64,000 nt of DNA from Lophium mytilinum (taxonomy: Eukaryota): the NCBI GenBank assembly GCA_010093605.1, contig MU004185.1:2253334-2317333 (forward strand). Direction: 5' to 3'. This document shows positions 12,392 to 24,474 of this stretch, one piece after another; within the stretch, counting starts at the first letter, position 1, and each line of letters opens with the position of its first letter. The notes beneath the pieces are model-generated. The model searched no databases and was not told where the DNA came from. It saw only the letters and a list, made by a program, of their open reading frames with translations. The translations under genes and the position numbers were made by a program.

Positions 12392-13942
12392 CGTCTCTCC
12401 GCATCCAGGGCTCCACGGAAAGGCTTTAAGAAAGGTAGAAGAGGGGATTTGGGACGGGTAAGGCCAAGATAGCGCTTTTGTGGAAAAGTAGCCCAGGATT
12501 GCCTATTTGATGCACATGGTGCGTTGAACTTGAGCCCGTAGCTGCTGATCGAAACGATGGCGGTACTGAGGCGTGGAGGGGCGACAGTTAACATTGCCCG
12601 TATGGGGTTAGCCCCTGAGGCGCATTGCCGTCCGGATGGCTGGGGTAGAGTAGTTGCAGCCGAAGTGGCGCGCGTGTCTGGGCCACTGTACCTGGATTCA
12701 GCCTTGCGTTGGGCTCGATATTCTCGCCATGGTCCTCGGAGGGTGAGATTTCTGTATGATTGTCAGCGTTTCTTTGTCGAAGTCTTTCTACGTCCCTCTA
12801 CCTAGGGCGAAGTACTCATGAAGGACGCTTTGCTGCAGCGACTAGCTGACGGATGCACAATTCGCCTTCAAAAGAACATTACGGACTTCTGCTTGGTTGG
12901 TCGGTAAGGAACACCACCGTGGGGAGGGGTCGATCCATGCCCAGACGCCCCAGTTGCAGGAGGAGAGATGCAGAGAGGATGGACCCCGGGTCGAAGGCGA
13001 GAAAGAGACAGTGGATGCGCTATGCCGAGAGTAGATAGGTGTGAACTGACGTCGAGACTAACGGGTGTCATCATCAATCAAGCAACTTGTAAGAGAGGCC
13101 TCCATTTTGATATTTGGATTGCGTGTTTTCAAGAGCCATACTGGAAAACTTCCACAGGTCTCCTCGACAATCGCTGACAACATGGCCAGGTAAGGCTGAG
13201 CATCAATGTCACGGCTCGTATCTCCCGATCAACATTCATAGGCTTCAGGTCGGCGTGCATATGGCGTGTCGTCTTGTTATCTTCCTCCAATGGTCTTTTG
13301 TCTTTGAGATCGAACAAGCACGTGAGGTTCAAGAGGTTGCGGGGATGGGAGAGACGTTGACCATATGGTTTTCCTAAATGGGTTAGCTTGCATGCTTTGG
13401 ATCGGGATCCAATTCATGGACATCGCCGTCTAATACGTGTACATAAACGCATATTCGGCAACCCGGTAACTTTACAGACCATTCATAACGGCTGAGATAA
13501 GTGTTTGCCAGCTTGTTGAGACGATTTGAGATACACCTCTAACCATGGTAGTCACCATAAGCTTCCGTATGCCCTTAAATCAGCGTGACAGAAGAACCTT
13601 CACATATTTAGAGCGCGCCAGGGAGTACTCTGGAACAAATATACTTAGATCAGGCCAAAAGCAAAGCCAGTGATCAATGCGGTTGACATTCCAAGGTCGA
13701 TAGTCCAGCACATGCCCATCACGTGATATCTGAAGCACGTTTCGCCTGTTTCCGGCATTGACAACTCTGCCGAGCTATCATTAGCACAAGATCCTTGGAA
13801 CCTTGAATCTCGTCCTCTCCACGTATATCCAGTCGGCACGCTTCACTCTGAACAGGGCGAACCGCTGCCGAGAGGATGCGCGTGCGGTTGTCTTCTTTGA
13901 GCGCCTGCACTTCTTCCGTCCGTTACCTCCGCCTCTCAAAAT

Positions 13943-15460
13943 ATGTCACATTATGACGGGACCAATCCCGCAAATCGTACGTTCAAGCCCCCATTGCTTA
14001 ACCTGCTTCGCAACAATGACTGACCATACCATCTGTCAATCTAGGCCTAGCATGGTCCGAAGTCCCGACTCATATCCTTCGCGCCGAGCTGCAACGACGA
14101 CAAGACGACGAAGAACCTCCGGCATGTGGGACAAAAGGAGGGAAAGGACACTATAACACCGCGGCGCATGTGGCCGCGCTGATAATAATACTCACTCTGA
14201 GCACGGCGGGTGTGTTCTGGCGCGACCACAAGCCGACGGTTGAAGAAGTACTGATTTGCGACAGCATGCTCTTTTCCGATCATCGTCCGCCGTTTCCCAC
14301 GCCTCCACGTCCCTCACCAGATCCTCTTCCTCTCGCGACACTTTGGCACCGGAGTCCTAATAGCGACTGCTTTCGTCCACCTCCTCCCGACCGCGTTTCA
14401 ATCATTAACGGACCCATGCCTCCCTCACTTCTGGAACCAGGGTTATCCGGCCATGCCCGGCCTCATCGCCATGACCTCGGTCTTGATAGTTGTGGGGATA
14501 GAGATGTTTTTTGCGTCGCGAGGGGCCGGTCATGTCCACTCGACGGACTATGATGCGTTCCCAGGGGACGATACTGAGCACCAAGCATTTCGAGATAGCC
14601 ACCCACGGCCACCGCATAAACGCAGCAACAGCTTTGGGAGATTTAGATCAGGCAGTTATGGCCATCCTCCAGATATCGTACTCCACGATATAGCAGAGTC
14701 GTCTGAGAGCTTGATAGCCGGGCGGTCACCCTCGGTCCCCACGACATCTCCACTTCCACCAACAACAGACAAGAGAGATTCCGTAGATGAGGAGGACGAT
14801 TCAGATCTCGACCTCGAGGAACTGCACCCCATACCCGGCGATGACGACGAATCCGGCCTCTTAAACGGCAACTCGAAACCTCGGGGGTTCGCCAACCGCC
14901 ATAATCATAATCATAACCCTAATCACATACCAGGAGCGACCAACCCCGACGACCTTACCGAAGCCCAGCAAAAGAAGCTATTCCTTCAATGCATGCTCCT
15001 AGAAGCCGGCATCCTCTTCCACAGTGTCTTCATCGGTATGGCTCTCTCCGTCGCAGTTGGCACCTCTTTCGTTGTGCTCCTAGTCGCCATCTCCTTCCAT
15101 CAAACTTTCGAAGGGCTGGCTCTAGGAGCGCGCATCGCAGCTCTCCGCTTTGACCCATCGTCTCCGAAACCCTGGCTTATGGCTCTCGCGTATGGCACTA
15201 CCACGCCGATCGGACAAGCTATCGGACTCGGAATCCATAATTTGTATGACCCGGCAAGCCAGACAGGCCTGCTTATGGTCGGAGTCATGAATGCGATTAG
15301 TAGCGGACTCTTGCTCTTTGCGGGCCTGGTTGAGCTGTTAGCGGAGGATTTCTTGAGCGACGACAGCTACGTGACGCTTTATGGGCGGCGGCGAATAGAA
15401 GCCTGCGCAGCAGTCGTTGGTGGAGCTCTTCTAATGGCGCTGGTAGGTGCGTGGGCATAA
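13943..15460 (+). CDS. ZIP-family zinc/iron permease (3 exons)
   Basis: RHFGTGVLIATAFVHLLP, LEAGILFHSVFIG, FHQTFEGLALG and TTPIGQAIG motifs; His-rich loop; first intron 13977-14044. Confidence 0.93.
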
Positions 15461-16649
15461 GTATATTGGATCACTTTGCGATTTCGTTGCGGTCTTTACC
15501 AGCATGGCACCGGCGCATTTGGTGTATCCTAGGATATATATGGACGACCTCACGGTTGAATCTTGACATGTGCTTTTTCCACCACGTATGCATTGAAGAA
15601 TAGCATTGTCCCAATAAAGAGAGCGTTCATGTGCATAAGCTCAATCCGATTGTTAGGCAGGCTTCTACTGGGCTCATCTCTGAGACAAATCTGGAAAAGG
15701 AATGCGCTCCACTCCGGCTGCTGGTCAACCTGGACTATATCACGTGACTGTCATCGGGAGCAGGCCTCCATGCTTACCTCGTACCTACGTACCAATGCCT
15801 TCGCCTCTCGTGCAACAGTACATGAACCTAATAGATCCTCAGGGCAAAGTGGAGCCATCACGCAGTATCTCAAGTCCCAATCTCGGGTCTGTATATGCAC
15901 TCAAAGCCTTGATGCCTGCAGTTTTAAATATATGCGTGCCTCCTGTGTCTATTTTTATCTATAAATAGCCTAAGTGGCCCCGAGATTTTCATTGCTCCGA
16001 TCTTTTCTCCACATGTGGGCCCTATGGAATCCTGCGTGCTTCGCCTCCATGGCGTTGCAACCCGTGATAATTTAGTGCCAAGACAGCGCCTCCCGTCGTC
16101 GATCTTCGCAACATCGCGCGTGAACGAGGCCACCACTCCAGCGCTCCCGTCTCACCACGCCCACCAAAGCCACGAAGAACTCGTACATGTTTGCGCACTC
16201 CAGCGGAGCAATCCCGAGGGGTCCAGCGTCCCCCTGGCGTGACGTACGGAAGGGAGGGCTGGGGTCGGGTAGGGAGGCTGGGACACGGGGCGTTTGAAAC
16301 ACCATGTGGCTGGTGCCGCGTCTGTGGAAGCCAATTCGCGTCACTGTATGGAGCAGCTCTGCGGGCTATGCCCTGGCTAGCGCTGATGTAACGGGCGCCT
16401 GGTATTGATCGCAGCGATCCACTGATGTCTCATATGCAGAAAGGCTGCCATGCTTTGCGCGGTATAAAGGCAAACCCGCTCTCAGCTTTCCTAAGACATC
16501 GTCACTACATCCCTCAACACCACTCCAATCTCTCTACTACTCTTCACTACTCTCGCTTTAATACAAGTACTGAATACTCTCACTCACTGCTTGACTACCT
16601 CAAACCTCCAACTCTTCCACCTTCTAAAATATCGCACATCTCCGCCACA

Positions 16650-17324
16650 ATGAAGACCTTCACAGCGACCGCCCTCCTCGCAACCCTCCTCTCCACCGCC
16701 TCCGCCGCGACCGTCACCCTCCAAACAACCCAGTGCCTGCAATCCGTCGACCTCGAAACCTTCACCGTCACCCTCGGCGAGCTCTACACCCAAGAACGTA
16801 CGTTTTACCCCCCTCTCCCCTTCTCCCATCTTCCTACTAACACCTGACCCACAGTAAAAGAAGTCTGCGGCATCAAACTCCTCTCCGCCTCCGGCACCCC
16901 CCTCTCCGCCATCTCCTGCCACGCCTTCAAAGACGCCGCCGGCACCGGCTCCGGCTCCGCCCTCTTCAACTCCACCTCGCCCGCCCTCATCGCCACAAAC
17001 CCCGTGCAGGTGGGCTCGGTGCTGTGCGTCAGCACCGCCGCGACTGCGAGCGGGAGCTTGGTACCTAAAAGCTTGGGCAACGCGACTACGCCGACGGGGT
17101 TCGTGTCGAGCGCGTTCCCGATCGGCACGGGCGTACCGAGCGGGTTGAGCACTGGGGTTAGGAATGGGACGGTTACGGCGACGTTGACGAGGACGCCGAC
17201 GGTTACGAAGAGTGGCCCGACGGGGACCCAGTCGGGGAGTGATGTGACGAGCACGGGTGGGGCGGCGGTGGCGACGCTGGGGTTTGCGGCCGGGTTGGTG
17301 GGGGTGGTGGCGATGGTGTTGTAG
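16650..17324 (+). CDS. Small secreted Ser/Thr-rich, probably GPI-anchored cell-wall protein (2 exons)
   Basis: Signal peptide MKTFTATALLATLLSTASA, four Cys, Thr-rich stalk and hydrophobic C-terminus; TATAAA at ~16463; intron ~16798-16854. Confidence 0.85.
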
Positions 17325-18009
17325 GGAGGCGCTTTGGCATAATGCGTTGGGACTGGAAAATGGTTACGGTAATGGCATTGCATAGCATGGGATTGGGTAA
17401 TTGGGGATATTGCATTGGGACGGCGTTTTTGGGTAGGGCTTGCCTATGATAGAATAGGCGTGTTGTGATATGATAATGAAGGTGTGTGCGAAACACACTT
17501 CCTACACGCATTCGAGTACACAGATTGAGCTTTATGTGGTGTTGTTGACGATCTCTACAGGGCTAACAGCTAGCTCGATATTTATTAGAGGTAGTATGCT
17601 TCACCCCGTTGAACAAAAAATCTTCTCATGTAGTCAGATTCGTGACTCTGTTCCCTTCACTTAACCGCCTAGGCCACGAAAAATTGCAGACGCAGAGGAG
17701 ACGTATTGTGTGCTCCAACAAAAAGGCGTCACAGTTTTGACTGCGTAGGAAAGAAATTTAATAGACGCGGGGTGGGACTCGGCGTGGCACCTTGAGATAT
17801 TGTCTACGGTTCGATTCGTAACTCTTTCTCGCAGTTTTAAACAATGAGGTCCACAAGACGTCCTGAATTACAGGGGACGCATTGTTAGAAAGAGTCACAT
17901 ATCTAACCGTGGTCGAGTTATTGGATTGACGCTGTAGGGTGTTCTACGCGACGTGGTTACTTCTTACACCGAGAAGATAGAACTAGGGCTGGGGTAAAGT
18001 ATCTCAGTA

Positions 18010-18052
18010 GAAGTGGCTACCGGCTCGTGCACGCTACCAGCTCGTGCACGGT
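18010..18052 (+). repeat. Left TIR with two internal GCTCGTGCACG copies
   Basis: GAAGTGGCTACCGGCTCGTGCACGCTACCAGCTCGTGCACGGT; its reverse complement lies at 20139-20181. Confidence 0.96.
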
Positions 18053-18132
18053 CGTATACTCCCTCACCGCTTTTTCCCCCTCATTTTCAACACCACACAA
18101 CTTCCTCAATTTTATCACGATCGGCTTCAAAA

Positions 18133-20037
18133 ATGGATCAATTTGAAGCTGCGTTCGCGGAGCTTGACTTAATGGAGAAGAAGAACTTCACAGCAGTCAG
18201 TGCCAAGTACGGGATTGAAAGAAGCACGCTCTCAAAAAGATACCAAGGGAAAACGGGTTCGAAGGCTGATGGCTACAATTCTCAAAAGCTCCTCTCTCCT
18301 GGCAAGACTAAGGCTCTTATTAAATATATCAATGACCTCTCGGAAAGAGGACTGCCGCCTACGCATCAGATGGTACGAAATCTAGCCTCAAATTTAATTA
18401 AAAAGATGCCAGGAATCCACTGGGTTTCTCGATAGGTCAAATCGAACAAAAAACACCTGAAATCAGCCTATCTTCTTCCAATTAATAAAGCACGGAAACG
18501 GGCTGATTCTGCCCTCTACTATAGCCTCTACTTTGAGCTGCTAGGCCGGAAAAGGGACCAATACAATATACTGCCGGAAAATACGTATAACATGGATGAG
18601 AAAGGATTTCTCATTGGAAAGCTTGTGAAAAAGAAGAGGATCTTCAGCAAACGTGCATTTGAGTTAGGAAAAATGCGCCATGTCGTATAGGATGGCAATA
18701 GAGAGTGGATTACAGTAGTAGTAGCCATCTGCGCTAACAATACGGCACTTCCTCCGACGCTAATTTATCAAGCTACAACAAACAATGTATAAGATACATG
18801 GCTGGAGGATTTCCAACCGGATAAACAGGCCTGTTTCTTCACCTCAACACTATCTGGATGGACCAACGACAGCGTAGGCCTAGCCTGGTTGAAGATCTTC
18901 AAAAGGGAGACTAGATGGAAGGCCGGGAGGGCATGAAGGATGCTGATTATTAATGGGCACGGCTCTCACGTGAACATGAACTTCATCAACTTCTGCATTT
19001 AGAATAGGATCATTCTAGCAGTATATCCACCTCATTCAACGCACCGGCTGCAGCCATTAGACGTCTCTCTCTTCTCCCCTTTGGCTCTTTACTATTCAGA
19101 TGAATTGAACCGATTCCTGATGAATTGTAAAGGTTTCTCACGCTTTATAAAGAGAGACTTCTTCCGTACCTTTTAGGCAGCATGGGAAAAGGCTATTACT
19201 CCTCGCAATATAGCTTCCGGATGGAAGAAGACGGGTATTCACCTATGGGAGCCGGCGGCTGTATTAGATTAATTTAATGCCAAGAAAGAGGAAGTTAATA
19301 AAGAAGATGATGACCGACCATCATCTAGTAACTTAACTAGCTCAGCCGTTACAGCTAGAGACTGGAAGCAAATAGAAGCACGCCTAAAAGAGGTGGAGAG
19401 GCTTATAAAGGAGTCCAACCTACAAAGAAAAGTACGCAAAATCACTATTAATGTTGACCAAGTATGTGGCACTAATATACTTCTTCAAAGCCGAATTCAG
19501 GGCTATCAGGAAGCTTTCAAGATAGAACAGAAGAAGAGGAAGAGGCAGAAGAACCTCTTTCAGATTCTAGCATTGAATAGTAAAGGAAGAGCAGTAGTCT
19601 ATTCACCCAATAAGGTGCGGCAGGCCCGAGAGCTCCATTAAGAGAAAGAGGATGCTAAGGCCCGTGATGAGGCTACAAAGGCTGAGGAGAAGGTACAGAA
19701 ACAGCTGGCAAAGGAAGAGAAGGAGAGAATAGCTGAGTTTAAGCGCTCTACCAAAAATAATAGGCAGAGAGAAAGGAAGGATGCTGAGGCTCTTAAGAAG
19801 CGCCGTGAGCAGGAGGACCAGGAGGCACGTGATGCAGAGAAGCAGCTAAAAGATGAGAGGAAAGCTATGCAGCAGAAGCTAAGGACTCAGCAGGTTGTAT
19901 TCACTATTCCTGAGGAGCCTACAGGCGTGCAGAATCGTGAGGTAGAGGAGGGGGTAGTCAAATCAGCATCTGGCCGGCCTCAGCGCACCCGGAACACCCC
20001 CAAGAGGTTCCACAACTCCGTGATTGTGATAGAGTGA
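18133..20037 (+). pseudogene. DDE_1/pogo transposase pseudogene
   Basis: HTH region, YNMDEKGF, DGNREWIT, SGWTN, (D>N)GHGSH and HRLQPLDV motifs in one frame, with at least 8 in-frame stops and no net frameshift. Confidence 0.95.
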
Positions 20038-20138
20038 AAGAGCGGCCTCGGTTTAGTTTCCATCTTAATTTTTAGGAGGTTCTGAGCAATTTGAGTGAAT
20101 GTATTAATTTTTTGAAGTTGGTGATGCATGCTGAGAGA

Positions 20139-20181
20139 ACCGTGCACGAGCTGGTAGCGTGCACGAGCCCGTCGCCACTTC
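20139..20181 (-). repeat. Right TIR
   Basis: ACCGTGCACGAGCTGGTAGCGTGCACGAGCCCGTCGCCACTTC followed by TA. Confidence 0.96.
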
Positions 20182-20700
20182 TATGGAAGGTTCAAGATCC
20201 CAATAAGCCCATACTAAAACCCCGTCCTCCGCTACGAAGATTCTTCTCTTGACACCAATATGCTCGAGGATACGTACGGTCTCACAGTAGAAAAGGGCTT
20301 CCTCCGCTCCAATTCCACGTATTCCACATGTGCGCTAGCTCACCGGATGCCTTCTAGCGCTGTAGAGTAACCACACTAATGCAAAGGACTAAGTTCTATC
20401 GAATCACGACGTGCCTCCTTCCCGCACCCTTCTCTCCATCCCGCCGCCTTTCTGCAAAGTACTTAAGTTCAAGCAATGAAAGGTTTCATTTCTGACCTTT
20501 CATTTCTTGGTTTCCTGAACCGGCTACGCCCAGCGCGTCTCGTGGTCGTTGAACCCAGCGGCGAGGGCCAACGGCGGTAGTATAAAAGCCATGCCGCCAT
20601 GTCTCTCAGGATGCTTCCCTATCGTCCTCCCATCGGTCCATCCTAAGCATTCATCAGTACTTCATTTGCACCACGAAACTTTTCTACAGTCTACACAAAA

Positions 20701-23283
20701 ATGGCGATCCCCTTCCCGTACGCCTCGACGAAGGATCTAGACGCTTGGATGGACCAGATCATCTTATTGAACAATGAGCATAAGCTCAAAGACACTATAG
20801 AGATCATGGAGAAAGACTACCAGTTCCGCGCTACGTGAGTGCTATCATCTAGGAGAGTCAGGGCCCTTGCTTATATGTCACAGAGAGAAGATGTACAAAA
20901 CCAAGCTTGCTCAATGGCGCAAAGAGGGCAAAGTACCGCCCAAGCGGATCAGCGGACGCAGTCAAAAGGCTATGATCCGTATTGAACGACAGCATCTAGA
21001 CGACACTGGCCGAGGTATCTCTTTTAGATATAGAGGGCATCCTACACCTCCTGAAAAATACCGGCGATACGAGAGAAGGCATGAGACAGAGAATGAATCG
21101 AGGACACGTTCTGGGTCCAGTAAGCCACTGCATCAATGCCAAACATGACATACAACGAACTCCAGAATTTCACTAAATTCTCAAAAGGAACGCCGTCGTA
21201 CATTAGCTACAACTCCTACTCCATTGCCGTCCAGAATTCTTCGGATGCAATCGAGGAGCACCAGCCAATGGTGCAATACGCTCTTCCCCAAGAGAAGCCA
21301 TGGCATTATTTCACCGACAGCTTGGTCCAATCTGCGGAAGCCGCGTCAGACACAGGCGCCGATAGCTTTCCAAACGCGCCATATCTATTCGGTGTCGACT
21401 TTCCACCTCGCCAAGACTTCTTCAATGCCAGCTCGCCGTGCTCCGATTCTAATGTTGCATCTCCGGCATCCCAAGTATCGGCTGTCGATGCGACAGAACT
21501 CGATTTCCCATCCTTCACCAGACCTATCCTCTCAGAGCCGGGAATTCCACCTCTGAGCACCGATGATACGACCTTGGAAACCCTCGCGATCAAGGATGAG
21601 ACGGATAGCGAGGGAGGTCTGCTCACAACATCTGCAGCCCGCCGTGGGAGTAACGGTGACTCCCAGCCTATTTTTCGTCTTTCACGTTCACGGGTCCCCT
21701 CCCTATACGGCCCTCCCTCAGCATCATTGCCGACTCAGATTACGCTAGGTCATGCGCTCAAGGACAATTCCATCGCTCTAAGGTCTTTTGTTTCATCGCA
21801 GGGTCTCGGCATCCATGACTACAACGGTACTTCACCGCGGCACCTCATTCTCATCCAATCCGAGATCGAAACCTCGATCACTAGACTCCTTGTGCCTGAC
21901 TACGTAGCCGATAATGCCTCACCAGCAATTTGGCTGCAGCGTGAGATTGTGAAATTGCTTCTTCGGACTCTTATCTTTACATCAATTTACCAAGACTGGC
22001 ACTCGATGTTCTATGAGAATGTACCCTCTCCGAAAGCTGTTTTTGACGTCGTCCGGGCGTGTTTACGCCACACTGTGATATCGCTAAGTAAACAACAACT
22101 TTTTCGGCCCGGATTGCCGGATTTGCTCCATGGAATTTCGCAGTTGAGAGTTTCCCGATGCGTCCATGATATCATGCATACAGCGAGGACCTGTTTTGAA
22201 TCCGATCCGCGACCGACACCCAGCTATCGAGATAATAGCCACGAGGTTGGTGGAACTCCTATTTCGATATTTCATCCGTTCGATAAAAGTGAGAATATCA
22301 GCTCTCCAGCACTTGCATGTGCTCCTTTGGAAGTAATAACGCCCTCGATTGGATCACCATCATCCCCAGGGAATGAGGCCGCGCAGCAGGACACGGAAGC
22401 GGTTGAATTTGCAATGGGAAAACTACTGATAAAAGATTCAAAATGGCACCAGCATGCTCTGCAACTTCGGCCCCGTATCTCACGCATCCTAAGGGAGTTA
22501 AAAGACGCGATTTGGGACAACGCATCATCTCACATCCCAATAGAGAAAAGATACTCAGAAGAAAGCCGACAATGCCAAGCATGGATCGCATCCCAATTTT
22601 TAAAGGCGATCGTGCCGTCCTATTATCAGGATCGAGGGCATATATGGAGTAATGTTCACGACGTTCTCGAAGCACTCACTCAAAGCATTGTCCGAGCTTT
22701 CGACGTGAAAGACATTGCTTTGTTTCCCTCTCCCGGGATTTCATATCAAGTCCAGCTATTGATTTCGTCTGAATCCCTGCTTCTTTTTGCGAAGACAGAG
22801 CTCAAGTCGTGTCCTGTGTTCGAGCTCAAGTCGTGTCCTGTGTTCACATTCCGTTCTTGGAAGTTGCCTTTGTTCACAACTCGTTCGAGATTACCAAGAG
22901 GGTCTTCCGTCACAAAGCCTACGGGAACTTTACTGGAGTCTTCCATCACAGAGTTTAGGGGAACTTTACTGGAGTCCTATGTTCCAATCTTACAGCAATC
23001 CCCAGATGAAGAAAATGAAGACGAGCACCTGGAGAAAGCGGAATCTAGAGGCGCGTATGAGAATCTTGTCATTTGTGTAAGTGCTCTTCTCAGTAAACAG
23101 CGAAAGCTTGTGTGATTTACCAAGTACCAGTGTCAATGTGGCCATGGGCCCAGTGTCAGCGAGTTATTCTACTCGTGTCTAAACTGGGAGAACGTACGAC
23201 TATGTGGGCACAGTCAGTGTCCACGTTGTGAGGTCTACAGTAGCTTACTCCTTGATTCATTGTTACCGCGTAGTCCATTATGA
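20701..23283 (+). CDS. Clr5-domain protein with predicted C-terminal Cys/His zinc-ribbon exon (4 exons)
   Basis: N-terminus ..LKDTIEIMEKDYQFRAT|EKMYKTKLAQWR..K..F.YRG is a typical Clr5 domain; long exon within ORF 21136-23115; predicted intron 23077-23130 gives C|CQCGHGP..C..CGH..CPRC. Confidence 0.75.
22798..22845 (+). repeat. Perfect 24-bp in-frame tandem duplication (ELKSCPVF x2)
   Basis: GAGCTCAAGTCGTGTCCTGTGTTC occurs twice; a second GTLLES duplication lies at ~22924 and ~22960. Confidence 0.9.
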
Positions 23284-23610
23284 GTCTTACCTCTTTACTT
23301 CGTCGTCTCTTTCGATAGCCATTCCAAATATATCCGCAACTGAACGAGAGGCACTCATGATCATTACTTCCGCTAGTCTCTAAAAAAATTGTAGTGAGAG
23401 TATCAAAGCCACACCAGCCATACTCAAGTCAAAAGGTCCGCGCTCACTCACCGTTTCTAATCCCCCAGGTAAAAACTCATCGCTATTCACTACTACTGAA
23501 CATCGTCCGCAGCCCTGTCCCTCCTGCTCTTTCCTCCACCCTTACCGAAGCCTCCAAAATCAAATTGGGTAATCACCGATTCCCTGCCGAGCCCACCGTA
23601 TCAACCAGCC

Positions 23611-24424
23611 ATGGCCCCCAACTCCCAGCCCTTCATCTGGATCAACGCCTTCCCCGGGACCGGCAAACTCACCATCACCACCCACCTTCTCCCTCTCCTC
23701 TCCAATAACCCCGAGTCTACCCCCCTCTTAATCCATAACCACAAACTCATCGACCCCGTCTCGAAGACCCACGCCAGGGATCATCCAGACTACCAGACCG
23801 AAAGAAAGCGCGTGCGCGATGATGCGTTCGCTACTTACGTCGAAGATCCCTCTACCCTCAACAAAATCGTGATTTTCACTGGTACGGTTTATTTCACCTC
23901 GCTATCGGATTACATGCCGAGAACTAACAGCAATGTGGCTAGACTTCCAAACGCAAAACTCCCTCGGCCGCGCCGTAGCGAATGAGTACCTCGACGCTGC
24001 GCGGCGGGCTGGACGGAGGTTTGTACCTATCTATCTAACGTGTGACGTTACAGAGAACGTGAGGCGGATGGTGAGCGAAGAGCGGGTAGGGGGTGGGATG
24101 ACGAAGCTTGTGGATGCGCGGGTGCTGGAGGAGATGAGAGAGCGGTGTGAATTATTCAGGTTCAAGGATTTGGCAGGGGTGGAGCTGGATGTGACTACTT
24201 TAACGCCAGAAAGGGCGGCGGAGTTGCTTGCGGAGAGTATCAGGAAGGTGGTAAGGGAGGGAGCGAAAGGGGTGTTAGGGAGATTCACGGAGATGTTTGG
24301 GGGAGGCGGTGACCATGTTGTTCGCGAAGACACAGGATATTTTCGGGAAGACGGTTTTCGGAAGAGAAGAAAAGTAAAACTAGAACAGGAAGAGAAACAT
24401 CAAATTGGGTATCTGCGAGACTGA
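23611..24424 (+). CDS. Small P-loop NTPase / nucleotide-kinase-like (AAA_33-type) protein (2 exons)
   Basis: IWINAFPGTGKLT Walker A, HNHKLID, VIFT|DFQ and L.C...EN.RR..S.ER motifs; intron ~23882-23942. Confidence 0.8.
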
Positions 24425-24474
24425 CAACACAAAACACCAGTTCTCCCCACCTTCACAACGTGATCCGCACCAAA

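Larger units (their letters stand above)
18010..20181 (+). mobile_element. Fot1/pogo-like (Tc1/mariner superfamily) DNA transposon, full length, inactivated
   Basis: 43-bp TIRs at 18010-18052 and 20139-20181 (2 mismatches); TA flanks at 18008-18009 and 20182-20183; internal transposase. Confidence 0.96.

Noticed and set aside
14899..14928. CATAAT repeat in the ZIP gene
   Set aside because: Encodes the ordinary His-rich loop of ZIP transporters.
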